A stretch of DNA of 62,956 nucleotides from Candidatus Daviesbacteria bacterium (GCA_016187025.1 JACPKM010000002.1:1-62956); one strand, 5' to 3'. Positions 1 through 10,986 are shown, numbered from the stretch's first letter. Translations and numbers: made by a program. Notes: generated from the letters alone by a model not told the origin.

Positions 1-1
1 A

Positions 2-2752
2 GGAAGAAAGGCTGCCTTAAATTTAGCAGCTGCTTTTTTAGGGGGTGTATTTTTTTGGCTCTTAACCAATAGCTGGTGGCTTATCCCTACTTTTAATATC
101 AGCCCGGCTTTATTTGCAAATCAACATACAACAGATGATAGTTTAACCACATTAGTAGCCCTCTCTAACCAAACTAGCTTACCCTTTACTTTACGCCTGA
201 TTAACCCCTTTTATCTTTATTGGCATGCTGACTTTGGCAGTATCTACCAAACCCCACTTTTTGTATTTATATCCTGGCTTTTTATTTTGGTGGTATTTGT
301 AGGTTTTATCAAGGGACTTAAGGAAAAAACATATGCTATGTGGAGCCTTCTTTTTTTGATAGTCTTAATGTTGGCCAAAGGAGCAGCTCCCCCTTTCTCG
401 TTTCCTTATATATTTGGATTTTCTCACTTTTTCCCACTTGGAGTTATCAGGAATCCTTTTGAAAAACTGGGAATATTACTGCCTTTAATTTATGCAATTT
501 TATTTGCTTTGGGTTTTTGGTATCTACTTGTCACTTTGCCTAAACTGATTGGTAAATTTAAATCATATCTTGTTTTAGTAACTTTTGTTATCTTGCATTC
601 GGTATTTTTATGGCCTATGTGGGCAGGAAATCTATTTGGTAGCCTGGAAAAACCAATGTTTGTTCAAATACCAGAAAGCTACCATCAGGCCAACGACTGG
701 ATTAAAAACGACCTTTCCGATACTGCCAATAACTGGGATGGAAGAATTCTACATTTACCTCTACCCCAGTCAGAAGACATTACATACACTTGGCAGTATG
801 GTTACTCCGGGGTGGAACCATCTGCTGCCATATTTACCTCTTTGCCTTCAATTGCCAGAGGTTTAGATATCCCAGGAATTAGCAATGCTTTAGCAGGACT
901 TTCCTTTATATTTCATAAACCCTATGCCTCTAATCCAGGGGTAATAGTAAAGATGTTACAAGATTTTAATATTAGATATATCATTTTACATAAAGATATT
1001 GAGTGGAAAGAAAAACAGCTTTACAATCCTCAAGAAACAGAATTAATTCTTGATAAATTAGAGTTTTTAGAAAGAAAAGCAGGATTTGGAAATTTGATTA
1101 TATATAAACTGAAGTCAAACTATTTCAAGCATAAGATAACTCTTTTTGAAAATGCCCAACTCGTATCGACTCCTCATTCTTTTTCAATGTGGCCATGGTT
1201 ATTACATGATAAAAAATTAATGGTAACAACAGCAACAAGCTTTGATGGTGAGACTCCTAACGCAAAAGACGGTTTACTTTTTCCAAAAGATTCATTCAAT
1301 TATATAAATATAGATCAGAGCACAAAAGATTCAGTTATCAATCGAGTTCTAAATGATCCTTCATCAGCTGATCTGCTTTTTGAGCCAATGGCAAGGGTTA
1401 CTTCTTTATTGGTTGAGAATAGTGAGGTACTAGCAGACCAGCTGAATAAAAAGATTATTTTAAGTAGTAAAAAACTAGTTGAAGTAGCAAAGCTGAATGG
1501 GCTAGGTATAGAAGAATATCAAAATTATTTGGAAGATATATTTAAGAAGGATCCAAAACAGTCACGTTTATTTTTTTATATTCAGAGGACAGATTTTACA
1601 ACGACTTTTCTTTTGCATTCGCATTTATTAAAAATAATTCATAGATCAGATATTGCACTGTATTTAGAGAGTAGGTTAAAGGAATATAACTTTTTACCTG
1701 AATATCAGGAAGGGGTAACTGTTTTCAAGTTCGAAGTTCCTTACCCTCAAAGTTATCAAATTTTACTTCCTGATTATTTAAGTCAGGTTAGTAAAGAAGA
1801 TTTAAATGGTTTGCGAATCAGAGTAAATGACAAGTTTCAAAATTTTAGTTCCATCAACGGAAATTTGATCTCCTTCGGTGAACATAAATTCGAGAGAGGA
1901 CACTATGAAATAAGTATTCCCCAGCTTTTATCCAAAAATTTATTCTTGTCGTATGACCAGCTCATAAAAGCTGGTGATGTGAGTTTAAAAGGGGAAGTTA
2001 TTCAATTAGTTACCACCTCTGATAAAGTAAGTTTTATCGAGAATGAACTGCCCAATAATTTAGGAGGAGATACGTATAAAGTAAGTTTAGATGTAAAACA
2101 AACTAGTGGGAAGGGGTTTTATGTTCAACTAATCCAAGATACTGACAATGAGAACTCAATCGGACAAAAAAATTATCAAGTAAATCAATATATTAATCAA
2201 ATCCCCACTAGTGGTTTCCAAAGTTACAATCTTGTTTTACCTCCTTTAAGAACTACAACTCAGTTCGCAGCCATAAGAATTTTAGTTATCCCGCAGCAGA
2301 ACTTTTTTAGTGATTATCCGTCAATACATATTAGAAATTTTAAAATTCAAAAAATACTAGGAAAAGAGTTATTCCTAAAAAATTCTATAGGAGAAGAAAA
2401 TAGTGAACAAAAAGAAGTTTTAAGTAACGATATGATAAGTCCCGTGTTTTATCATGGTAAAGTGCGTATCTCAAAACCCACATTTTTAATATTTAACGAG
2501 ACATTCCATCCAGAATGGAAACTAGTTTTAGACGACGGTAAAAGAAAATATTTTCCAAAGTCTCATTTAATAGCAAATCTGTATGGCAATGCCTGGTACA
2601 TAGATGAGGTTGGTGAATATAATTTTAAAATAGAGTTTTCGCCCAAGAAGATTGTTAATATAGGTGTGACTGCTGGAATAGCGACCACGATTTCATTGTT
2701 AATTTTTACGCTATATAAGATGTTAAAACATCGAAAGAATGAGCCGCTTTGA
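2..2752 (+). CDS. Large GT-C-type membrane glycosyltransferase (YfhO/AftD-DUF3367-like), 5'-truncated by window edge
   Basis: The frame of the 287..2752 ORF is open back to base 2 (GRKAALNLAAAFLGG...). N-terminal TM block, RxxSxPS/RYxxLHKD-type loop motifs, a jelly-roll/CBM-like segment, and a YfhO-like C-terminus (LIFNETFHPEW...NLYGNAW...IEFSPK + TM). Confidence 0.6.
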   Translation, partial: GRKAALNLAAAFLGGVFFWLLTNSWWLIPTFNISPALFANQHTTDDSLTTLVALSNQTSLPFTLRLINPFYLYWHADFGSIYQTPLFVFISWLFILVVFVGFIKGLKEKTYAMWSLLFLIVLMLAKGAAPPFSFPYIFGFSHFFPLGVIRNPFEKLGILLPLIYAILFALGFWYLLVTLPKLIGKFKSYLVLVTFVILHSVFLWPMWAGNLFGSLEKPMFVQIPESYHQANDWIKNDLSDTANNWDGRILHLPLPQSEDITYTWQYGYSGVEPSAAIFTSLPSIARGLDIPGISNALAGLSFIFHKPYASNPGVIVKMLQDFNIRYIILHKDIEWKEKQLYNPQETELILDKLEFLERKAGFGNLIIYKLKSNYFKHKITLFENAQLVSTPHSFSMWPWLLHDKKLMVTTATSFDGETPNAKDGLLFPKDSFNYINIDQSTKDSVINRVLNDPSSADLLFEPMARVTSLLVENSEVLADQLNKKIILSSKKLVEVAKLNGLGIEEYQNYLEDIFKKDPKQSRLFFYIQRTDFTTTFLLHSHLLKIIHRSDIALYLESRLKEYNFLPEYQEGVTVFKFEVPYPQSYQILLPDYLSQVSKEDLNGLRIRVNDKFQNFSSINGNLISFGEHKFERGHYEISIPQLLSKNLFLSYDQLIKAGDVSLKGEVIQLVTTSDKVSFIENELPNNLGGDTYKVSLDVKQTSGKGFYVQLIQDTDNENSIGQKNYQVNQYINQIPTSGFQSYNLVLPPLRTTTQFAAIRILVIPQQNFFSDYPSIHIRNFKIQKILGKELFLKNSIGEENSEQKEVLSNDMISPVFYHGKVRISKPTFLIFNETFHPEWKLVLDDGKRKYFPKSHLIANLYGNAWYIDEVGEYNFKIEFSPKKIVNIGVTAGIATTISLLIFTLYKMLKHRKNEPL

Positions 2753-2768
2753 TATAATTTGTATTTAG

Positions 2769-3002
2769 GTGGGTATGGAGATTAGAACTATTTTACTATT
2801 TTTATGGTTTTTAATTGTGTTGAAATTCAATCTTTCGAGTAAAGTTTCTTTCACTTTAGCCTTAGCAGCGATTTTAATCAGCGGTATTTTTCTGGTTTTA
2901 GGTTTTAATGGGTTTGGCTTAAGAGTAATAACTTATTCATTTGGCTTACTGACCATTGGGTATTTTCAGTACCTGAGGGAATTAAAATCAAATGCTAAAT
3001 AA
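2769..3002 (+). CDS. Small hydrophobic membrane protein
   Basis: 77 aa, 2-3 hydrophobic segments; fills the gap between two GT-C genes and overlaps the next start; TGnTATAAT at 2750-2758 upstream. Confidence 0.6.
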   Translation: MGMEIRTILLFLWFLIVLKFNLSSKVSFTLALAAILISGIFLVLGFNGFGLRVITYSFGLLTIGYFQYLRELKSNAK

Positions 3003-5697
3003 AAAACTCTTATTTCTTTTTGTTGTTATCTTAAGTGTTTACTGGATTTTATTTACTCCTGGACCCAAGGTTGCGAATGATCTTCCTATTACTTCAGGAG
3101 AATCTATAAAAGCCTTTTTTAGTTTACCAAAGATTTGGACTTCCCGAGATTCTGTGGGGTTAGGTGAGTATACTGTTTTTACCTTATGGTCATGGCCGAT
3201 CAACGCGGTTGTTGGACTTTGCGCACTTGGAGGTTTAAGCTTTAGCGCTATCGAAAAGCTCCTTACTCTGCTTGCTTTAATACTAAGTATATTCGGTATT
3301 TGGAAAATAGGAGAAAGGTATAATCTATCCTTCATAGCAAGAATAGTCTCTGCTGCTTTTTATGTTTTAAATACTTATCTATTACTTGTAATTGATGGAG
3401 GACAAATATCAATTGCTTTAACCTATGCCTGGTTTCCAGTAGCGTATTTTCTACTGGAGAAATCTATTTACAGTAATTTAAAGGCGAAGCTTATTTCCGG
3501 GACCGCAGTTTTTATTCTGGGTTCTTTGGATATAAGATTTATATTTTTAATGACTTTAGTTTTAATAATTAGATTTTTCTATGAATTATTATTTCTGCAA
3601 AATAAAAAGTTTTTAGATTGGTTTAAAAGTTGGGTTACGCTTGCAATAATTGTTGTTTTTATAATAGTTGGCCTTAACTTTTATTGGTTGCTTCCTCTAT
3701 TTCTAGTACCACTTCAATTTGATGCTTATCGAGGATTAATCCAGACATCATTTATTAACTCGCCAACCCTAGGACACGCTTTTTTAATGATTACTCCTCA
3801 TTGGTATAAAAATATTTTTGGTCTTATTTCGCCTTTAAAATGGGAGTTTATTCTGATCCCTATCTTAGTTTTTTTGGCGCCTATTCTAAGATACAAAAAT
3901 TATATAGTAGGTTTTTGGGTACTTATTGCATTGTTGGCAATTTTTCTTACCAAGGGTTCACAAGAACCATTTCCTCAATTTTACCCCTGGATTTTTGAAA
4001 CCATACCAGGATTTTCTTTATTTCGAGACACCACTAAATTCTACTTTCTAATCGCCCTAGCGTATAGTCTATTACTAGGAATCACAGTTAGTGAAATTGA
4101 AAAAAAATTAAAGCATAAGCGTTTAGTTAACCTATTTGTTTTCTCAATAATTTTATATTTTATATTTCTTTTAAGGCCTGTATGGTTAGGTGAGATGACT
4201 GGAACTTTTTCTCTTCCAAGATACCAAAAGGAATACGAAGAATTAAGTGAGGCATTGAAAAAAGATTCTCAGTTCTCTAGAGTTTTTTGGATTCCCAACA
4301 GAACACCACTAAGCTACACAAGTGCAATTCATCCAGCTGTTGAGGCGTCAAGAATATATGACCAAAGACCATTTGCATCAGGAATAGTTGGCAGTTACGA
4401 GTTGTTTAATTTTCTAAGAGAAGGACCATTTATCCAGGAGATGTTTAATGTTTCAGGAATTGGGTATCTTGTTTATCCATATCTTGACTCACTAAGAGAA
4501 CCTAGTAGTAACAACAACAACACGGAGTATTATTATGACTTTTTAGAGCAATTGTCTAATCTTTCCTGGCTTGAGAAACTTGAAAGTGTCAAAATCCCGA
4601 CCTTTAAGGTTAAGAATCCTCAGAGTAAATTTTTCTTAACTTCAAATACCTGGTATGTTATTGGGTCTGATGAAATACTAAATGAAGCGACTAAAAGCGC
4701 AGACTTATCTTTATCAAATAATGCGCTTGTTTTCTTAGATAAACATCCAGGCCTTATTTCAACATTGCTGGAATCATCATCAACCTTACTTACTCTTTAC
4801 GAAAAAGACTTAACCGATTTGACTGCAAGTTTTATTTCTAAAGAGAACCTCTACTTTCCTTCTCAAGCTTTAGCCTCCGAACCGAATAAAAATGGATGGT
4901 GGAAAAGGGAATCAAGTGATTTCTTATGGTGGCGGAATTTTCTCCAGCAAAAATACAAAATAGACAACCAGGATTATTATTTAGGAGGAGGTCTTTCAAT
5001 AAGCGAGGGGGAAAATGAGCTTCTATTAACCAGAGATAAACTAGCTAATGGGAAATTATTGCTTGCCAGGGTGATGCTAAGTCCAAAATCCGGAGAAATG
5101 ATATTTTATCAAGAAGATAAAGTTATTGGAAAAGTAAACACTTACGAAAATTTAGGTAAAAGCTATAAAAAAATTACCGGCAGTAAGGATATTCCAGACA
5201 GGGTATTTGAATATGAAAAGGCTAACTTTAAATGGTTTGTGATAGGAGAAATCAATGATCAGCCCTTAAAAATTAAAACTTCTGGAGATATTAATGTAAT
5301 AAATGCACTTGCAGCAATCAATACCAAAGATTGGGAAAGGTACATTAATAAAGCTAAAGAATTAGAAGACCGCAATAGAATAATAGAGTTTAAAGAAGCT
5401 AATACTCAAGGTGCAAAAGGCAAGGTAGTGTATGAGCAAGTAGATCCAACCAAGTATAAAATAAAGGTTGAGAATTTAGATAGTGAAACAATGCTTGTGT
5501 TTAGCGAGAAATATGATCCTCACTGGAAAATAAATGGTAAATCCTCAGTTTCTGTATATGGATTTTTAAATGGATTCATGTTAACTAATGGAGAATACAT
5601 AGTAGAATTTGAGCCTCAAAAGCTTGTTTATTATGGTTTTCTAGTTAGTGTTGCTACATTATTGGTAATACTCTTGCTTCTTATTAAGCTAAAATAA
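2992..5697 (+). CDS. Large GT-C-type membrane glycosyltransferase (YfhO/AftD-like), paralog of the upstream gene
   Basis: 901 aa; about 10 N-terminal TM helices, FSLFRDTTKF and RVFWIP motifs, large extracytoplasmic domain, C-terminal LVFSEKYDPHW...NGF...VEFEPQK + TM. Confidence 0.6.
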   Translation: MLNKKLLFLFVVILSVYWILFTPGPKVANDLPITSGESIKAFFSLPKIWTSRDSVGLGEYTVFTLWSWPINAVVGLCALGGLSFSAIEKLLTLLALILSIFGIWKIGERYNLSFIARIVSAAFYVLNTYLLLVIDGGQISIALTYAWFPVAYFLLEKSIYSNLKAKLISGTAVFILGSLDIRFIFLMTLVLIIRFFYELLFLQNKKFLDWFKSWVTLAIIVVFIIVGLNFYWLLPLFLVPLQFDAYRGLIQTSFINSPTLGHAFLMITPHWYKNIFGLISPLKWEFILIPILVFLAPILRYKNYIVGFWVLIALLAIFLTKGSQEPFPQFYPWIFETIPGFSLFRDTTKFYFLIALAYSLLLGITVSEIEKKLKHKRLVNLFVFSIILYFIFLLRPVWLGEMTGTFSLPRYQKEYEELSEALKKDSQFSRVFWIPNRTPLSYTSAIHPAVEASRIYDQRPFASGIVGSYELFNFLREGPFIQEMFNVSGIGYLVYPYLDSLREPSSNNNNTEYYYDFLEQLSNLSWLEKLESVKIPTFKVKNPQSKFFLTSNTWYVIGSDEILNEATKSADLSLSNNALVFLDKHPGLISTLLESSSTLLTLYEKDLTDLTASFISKENLYFPSQALASEPNKNGWWKRESSDFLWWRNFLQQKYKIDNQDYYLGGGLSISEGENELLLTRDKLANGKLLLARVMLSPKSGEMIFYQEDKVIGKVNTYENLGKSYKKITGSKDIPDRVFEYEKANFKWFVIGEINDQPLKIKTSGDINVINALAAINTKDWERYINKAKELEDRNRIIEFKEANTQGAKGKVVYEQVDPTKYKIKVENLDSETMLVFSEKYDPHWKINGKSSVSVYGFLNGFMLTNGEYIVEFEPQKLVYYGFLVSVATLLVILLLLIKLK

Positions 5698-5712
5698 GTA
5701 TAATTAAAACGA

Positions 5713-6987
5713 ATGTTAAATAATATCAGGCCTCTCCTGGCTACAGCTACTTTTAGACAGTCAGCAATAACGTTTAGCGGTACTGTTATTAGTGGTTTAC
5801 TTGGGGCACTTTTTTATATATTAAGTGCGCGTTTCCTAGGCCCCTCAGATTTTGGTTTTCTAGTGGTTGCGATTATGGTTTTGACACTCATAACAGATAT
5901 TTCTGATTTAGGAGTTGATACAGGTTTGGTGAGGTTTGTAGGCAAATATTGGAAGTCAGATTCCAACAAAGCTCTTAAGTTTATCAAACTTTCTATTAAA
6001 GTAAAACTCGTGTCTTCGATTTTGATGGTGTTGCTCGGACTTTTAATATCTCCTTTTCTGGCCACAAATATTTTTAGAAAAGATCAGCTTTTGCAACCAC
6101 TGTTTATTTCATTTATCGGTGTTTTTGGAATGCAGTTTTATATGTTTTCTAACTCACTTATGCAGGCACTGCAAAAATTCTGGGTTTGGAGCAGCTTTCA
6201 GGTAGGTACAAATTTAGTAAGACTTTTGATGATTATGGCTTTATTTCTATGGAATAAATTAGATTTACTTGCTGTTTTAATTGTCTATATTTCAATTCCT
6301 TTTGTTGGTTTTTTCATTTCTTTACTATTTTTCCCAAAAAACTTTTTAAAGGTACAAAATGATTCAGAAATAGGCAGAGATTTTTACCATTACAGCAAAT
6401 GGATAGCTCTTTCAACCTTCTTAGCAGCTTTTTCGGCAAGACTGGATACATTTATTTCTGCAAGGTTGATAAGCTCTGTAGAGCTTGGCTTTTATGCAGT
6501 AGCTAATCAGCTTGTAGCTGTTATTCCTCAGATAATTGGAGCATTAGGTGTGGTGCTGGCGCCTAAAATGGCTGGCATGGCTTCTAATAAAGATCTGATT
6601 GTTTATTTAAAAAAGACAGAGATGATGGTTGCAGGGCTGGCAGGAGCAGCAATTCTTCTTATACCAGTTGTGATTTGGTTGATTCCAATTTTGTTTGGCA
6701 GTGAATACTCTCAGGGAGTGCCAATTCTTTTTACAATTTTACTCCTGGCAATGCTGGTTTTCTTGCTTTCGGCGCCAATTCATAATGCTATATTTTATTA
6801 CTTCGGTTACTCTAAATTGTTTATCTATTTATCAATTGTGCATCTTTTGATAATAAGTATTTGTGGTTGGGTTTTAATTTCTCTTTACGGTGCTATAGGT
6901 GCAGCAATTACAGTGCTTTTGGCAATGATTGTAAATTTTACAATTTCACTGCTCTGGCTATTAAGAAGGATAAATAGTAATGAGTAA
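5713..6987 (+). CDS. wzx: Wzx-type oligosaccharide flippase (MOP superfamily)
   Basis: 424 aa multi-TM; ARFLGPSDFG, DLGVDTGLVRF, ELGFYAVANQL, YGAIGAA motifs. Confidence 0.85.
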   Translation: MLNNIRPLLATATFRQSAITFSGTVISGLLGALFYILSARFLGPSDFGFLVVAIMVLTLITDISDLGVDTGLVRFVGKYWKSDSNKALKFIKLSIKVKLVSSILMVLLGLLISPFLATNIFRKDQLLQPLFISFIGVFGMQFYMFSNSLMQALQKFWVWSSFQVGTNLVRLLMIMALFLWNKLDLLAVLIVYISIPFVGFFISLLFFPKNFLKVQNDSEIGRDFYHYSKWIALSTFLAAFSARLDTFISARLISSVELGFYAVANQLVAVIPQIIGALGVVLAPKMAGMASNKDLIVYLKKTEMMVAGLAGAAILLIPVVIWLIPILFGSEYSQGVPILFTILLLAMLVFLLSAPIHNAIFYYFGYSKLFIYLSIVHLLIISICGWVLISLYGAIGAAITVLLAMIVNFTISLLWLLRRINSNE

Positions 6988-7822
6988 GATTTGGGCCAAT
7001 ACCATTGTCCAAAACGAAGAAAGGTATCTTTGGTTTGCGGTGATGAGTGTGATAAATTTTGTTGATAAGGTACTAATATGGGATACGGGAAGCAGTGATA
7101 ATACATCAAAAGTTGTCGAGGAGTTGATAAAGGTTAACAAAAGCAAAATTGATTTCAGAGAAATAGGTCCTGTAGATCCAGTGGCGTATACATCTGTCCG
7201 GCAAAGAATGCTTGAGGAGACAAAAAACGATTGGTTTTTGATAGTAGATGGTGATGAGGTTTGGTGGGATAAATCGATTAAAAAATTAGTTGATTTAGTT
7301 AACAAGCAAGGGGACAAACTAGATTCAATAGTTACTCCCTATTACAATATTGTAGGCGACATTTATCATTATCAGGAGAAAGAGGCAGGCAAATATAGGA
7401 TTGATGACAAAAAAGGACATATTAATATAAGAGCTGTTAACAGAAAAATTCCAGGAATTCATTTTGAAAAGCCACATGGGCAACTGGGGTTATATGATTT
7501 GAATCATTTATTAATCCAAGATAGGCCTCAAGCGGAAAGAGTTTTTCTTGATGCGCCGTATATGCATTTTACAAATATGATTAGATCTAGCAGCAGAAAA
7601 CTAGATGAGAAAGTTCCCAAGAGGTCATTTAAGCTAAAATATGAAATTGGCAAAGAATTTCCTAATGACTTTTTGTTTCCGGAAGTTTTCTACCGAGAAT
7701 ATCCTTCCTTTATCAAGTCGCCATTTCAGAAAATGAGTAAGTCTTTTTATCTAAAGTCTGCAATTTTATCTATTCCAAGAAAGGTAAAAAGAAGGTTGCT
7801 TAAGTCAAAATCTGGTTACTAA
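6980..7822 (+). CDS. Glycosyltransferase family 2
   Basis: NEERY...DTGSSDNT and DxD motif (VDGDE). Confidence 0.85.
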   Translation: MSKIWANTIVQNEERYLWFAVMSVINFVDKVLIWDTGSSDNTSKVVEELIKVNKSKIDFREIGPVDPVAYTSVRQRMLEETKNDWFLIVDGDEVWWDKSIKKLVDLVNKQGDKLDSIVTPYYNIVGDIYHYQEKEAGKYRIDDKKGHINIRAVNRKIPGIHFEKPHGQLGLYDLNHLLIQDRPQAERVFLDAPYMHFTNMIRSSSRKLDEKVPKRSFKLKYEIGKEFPNDFLFPEVFYREYPSFIKSPFQKMSKSFYLKSAILSIPRKVKRRLLKSKSGY

Positions 7823-7824
7823 CT

Positions 7825-8610
7825 ATGAAAAACTCCCTAGATATTTGGCACACTGAAAAATATTACACCAAAGCAGGAGAGGCAAGTCTTGATGATAATC
7901 ATCCAGGGATGAAAGCGCTGCTTTTATCAAGCAAAGATGCAAACACTATTTTAGACCTAGGTTGTGGTGAGGGTACAAGATTAAATCTTTTAAAGGGTAG
8001 CGGCAAAAGGTTAGTAGGGATTGATATTTCTGATAAGGCAATTGAGATGGCAAGGTTAAAGTACAAAGGTATAGAATTTGTACAAGGTGACCTTGAGAAT
8101 TTGCCTTTTGATGAAGATGAGTTTGACCTTGTTTATTCTGCATTTGTACTGGAGCATTTGGTTGACCCAATGAAAGTCTTAAATCAGGCTTTAAAAGTTT
8201 TAAAAAAGGGGGGAAAAATAGTATTACTTGCCCCCAATTATGGAGCTCCTAATCGTTGCTCGCCACCTTTTAAAGGATCCAGATTAATAAAAATTTTCAT
8301 AGGATTAATTGATGATATAAAATCGATTTTTTTCAAAAGCCAGAAACTTTGCTGGAATAAAGTAGAGCCTATATCAACAAAGGAGCAATATGATATCGAT
8401 TGGGATACCACAATTGAGCCTTATATAAGATCCTTAGTTGACTATTTATCTGTAAAAAATGTTAGGATGATAATTGCGAATTCTTGCTGGGGTGAAGAGC
8501 TGCCTAATGCAAAATATTTTCAAAGGATTTTCCGCTTTTTAGGAGATGGAAATATTTACCCGTTTGTTTTCTGGGGTCCCCATTTAGTATTTGTAGGAGA
8601 GAAGATATGA
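7825..8610 (+). CDS. Class I SAM-dependent methyltransferase
   Basis: ILDLGCGEG motif I, GIDIS, FDLVYSAFVLEHL. Confidence 0.9.
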   Translation: MKNSLDIWHTEKYYTKAGEASLDDNHPGMKALLLSSKDANTILDLGCGEGTRLNLLKGSGKRLVGIDISDKAIEMARLKYKGIEFVQGDLENLPFDEDEFDLVYSAFVLEHLVDPMKVLNQALKVLKKGGKIVLLAPNYGAPNRCSPPFKGSRLIKIFIGLIDDIKSIFFKSQKLCWNKVEPISTKEQYDIDWDTTIEPYIRSLVDYLSVKNVRMIIANSCWGEELPNAKYFQRIFRFLGDGNIYPFVFWGPHLVFVGEKI

Positions 8611-9293
8611 TTTCAGGAAAGCCGACTTTAGAAAGTATGAGTATTGCAACCTCGTATAACCAGTGGACTTTTAATCTTTTTAAAAAATACTTAAAAGGAG
8701 AAATACTGGAAGTTGGTTGCGGGATCGGTAATTTTACCGGTTACCTTGCCCAACACGGAAGTGTTACTGCAATTGATATAGAACAGGAATATATTATAAA
8801 TTTATCCAAAGAGAAGAAAGCAAATATAACTTATAAAATTGCTGACATATCTTCAAAAAAGTTTTCAATTGGCAAAAAGTTTAATGCTATTGTTTGTATA
8901 AATGTTTTAGAACATATCAAAGATCATAAAACTGCACTAGAAAATATATCTAGTGCACTCAAAGAAGATGGATATTTAATTTTACTTGTTCCTGCACATC
9001 AGTTTTTATATGGAGAAATTGATAAAAACATTGATCATTTCAGAAGATATGATAAAAAACAGTTGCAAAACTTATTAATAAATGCTCAATTTAATATAAG
9101 AAATATTCGAAAGCTAAATCTGTTAGGAGCAATAGGATGGTTTATTACAGGAAAAGTTTTAAAAGAAAAGGATGTTGATGAAAATAAAATTAAGTTATTT
9201 GATTTAGTTTCTCCCCCATTTCTTTTTTTTGAAAAAATTATAGAACCACTAATTGGTACATCGCTTTTGGCTATAGCAACAAAAAAACTGTGA
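8607..9293 (+). CDS. Class I SAM-dependent methyltransferase
   Basis: ILEVGCGIG, NVLEHI, LLVPAHQFLY...DHFRRY. Confidence 0.9.
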   Translation: MISGKPTLESMSIATSYNQWTFNLFKKYLKGEILEVGCGIGNFTGYLAQHGSVTAIDIEQEYIINLSKEKKANITYKIADISSKKFSIGKKFNAIVCINVLEHIKDHKTALENISSALKEDGYLILLVPAHQFLYGEIDKNIDHFRRYDKKQLQNLLINAQFNIRNIRKLNLLGAIGWFITGKVLKEKDVDENKIKLFDLVSPPFLFFEKIIEPLIGTSLLAIATKKL

Positions 9294-9997
9294 AATTATC
9301 AATAATTATTCCTATTTTTAACGAGCAAAAAACTGTAGAAGAGCTGATTACAAAAGTCCTGGAGGTTTCATTACCTAGGGGTGTTAAAAAAGAGATAGTT
9401 GTTGTAAATGACGGATCGACAGACAGTACCTTAAAAATTTTGCAAAAAATTAAGGGTAATATAAAAATTATTAATCATGAAAAAAATCAAGGAAAAGGAG
9501 CTGCAATAAGAACAGGTATAAAGCACTCCAGTGGAGATTTGTTCATAATTCAGGATGCAGATTTAGAATATAATCCTTCTGATTATAAAAAATTGTTAAT
9601 ACCGATACTCACAAATAATGCTCAAGTAGTTTACGGCACAAGGCTGGTTAATTATCCTTTGAAGATTTGGGGTAAGGATAAAACAGTAATGCCTGTTCAT
9701 CTGATTGCAAATAAGTTTTTAACTGGTTTTACAAACTTAGTTTACCGAAGTCATCTTACAGATATGGAGACATGTTATAAGCTATTGACTAGGAATTTAC
9801 TGGAAAAATTAAGCCTTAAATCAGAAAAGTTTGACTTTGAACCAGAAGTCACAGCCAAAATATTAAGATTAAATATTCCTATTGTAGAAGTGCCTATAAC
9901 GGTTAAGCCAAGAACTTATAAGGAAGGTAAAAAAATCGGTTATAAAGATGGAATAGCTGCTATTTGGACTTTAATTAAGTATAGATTCATAAATTAA
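9290..9997 (+). CDS. GT2 polyprenol-phosphate glycosyltransferase (DPM1/GtrB-like)
   Basis: IIPIFNE, VNDGSTD, NQGKGAA, QDADLEY, TDMETCYK, FDFEPE; makes lipid-P-sugar donors for GT-C enzymes (family knowledge). Confidence 0.85.
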   Translation: MKLSIIIPIFNEQKTVEELITKVLEVSLPRGVKKEIVVVNDGSTDSTLKILQKIKGNIKIINHEKNQGKGAAIRTGIKHSSGDLFIIQDADLEYNPSDYKKLLIPILTNNAQVVYGTRLVNYPLKIWGKDKTVMPVHLIANKFLTGFTNLVYRSHLTDMETCYKLLTRNLLEKLSLKSEKFDFEPEVTAKILRLNIPIVEVPITVKPRTYKEGKKIGYKDGIAAIWTLIKYRFIN

Positions 9998-9999
9998 AT

Positions 10000-10977
10000 A
10001 TGAAAATTGCAATACTGAGTAGGTATCAAAAAGTATATAGTAGGGGAGCTGAAAACTTTGTGTATGAGCTTTCCTCAAGGCTTAAGAAAAGCCATGATGT
10101 TGATATCTTGTCAGGTAAAGACGCAGATAACCTAGCTTTAATCATTTCTAATAAGTATGATTTGGTAATACCCATAAATGGTAGATCTCAATCTCTCAAA
10201 GTATCTCTGGGTAGACTTATAGGGGGAAAATATAAAATTATTATTACAGGACAGAGTGGTATAGGCAAAGATGATATTTGGAATATTGTAGTAGGTAAGC
10301 CTGATGTTTTTGTAGCGCTTACAAAAAAAGCTAAGAAGTGGGCTGAAGCCTTTGCTTGGGGCTCTAAGGTTGTTTGTATACCAAACGGTGTAGACTTACA
10401 AAAATTTAACCCCAGTGGAAATAAACATAGTTTTTCTTCGAATAAACGGAAACTTAACTTACCAGAAGGCCCTATTGTTTTATCTGTTGGTGCACTGGAA
10501 TGGTATAAAAATCATCAACAAGTGATCAAAGCTGTGTCAATTATGAAGGATGTTTCGCTGGTAATAGTTGGAGAAGGTCCTCAAAGACAGGAGTTAGAGC
10601 AGATGGGAAATGAAATGTTAGGTAGTAGGTTTATGATTTTAAAGGCATCTTACAAGGATATGCCTTCTGTCTATAGATCAGCAGATGTTTTTACCTTGCC
10701 TTCATGGGATAGAGAAGCTTTTGGTCTAGTGTATTTGGAGGCTATGGCTTCTAATTTGCCAATTGTTGCACCAGATGATGAAACGCGAAGGGAAATTATT
10801 GAGGATGCAGGAGTTTTTGTAAATATTGATGATAGTGAAAATTATGCGGAAGGCTTGCGAAAAGCTTTAAATGCAAATTGGCAGGATAAACCTCTAAAGC
10901 AGGCAAAAAAATACGACTGGGATAAAATCACTCAAGAATACAATGATCTTATACTTTCATTATCAAACTTAAAATAA
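10000..10977 (+). CDS. Glycosyltransferase family 4
   Basis: IPNGVD, EAFGLVYLEAMA (E-x7-E) motif. Confidence 0.9.
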   Translation: MKIAILSRYQKVYSRGAENFVYELSSRLKKSHDVDILSGKDADNLALIISNKYDLVIPINGRSQSLKVSLGRLIGGKYKIIITGQSGIGKDDIWNIVVGKPDVFVALTKKAKKWAEAFAWGSKVVCIPNGVDLQKFNPSGNKHSFSSNKRKLNLPEGPIVLSVGALEWYKNHQQVIKAVSIMKDVSLVIVGEGPQRQELEQMGNEMLGSRFMILKASYKDMPSVYRSADVFTLPSWDREAFGLVYLEAMASNLPIVAPDDETRREIIEDAGVFVNIDDSENYAEGLRKALNANWQDKPLKQAKKYDWDKITQEYNDLILSLSNLK

Positions 10978-10986
10978 AGCTTAAAA

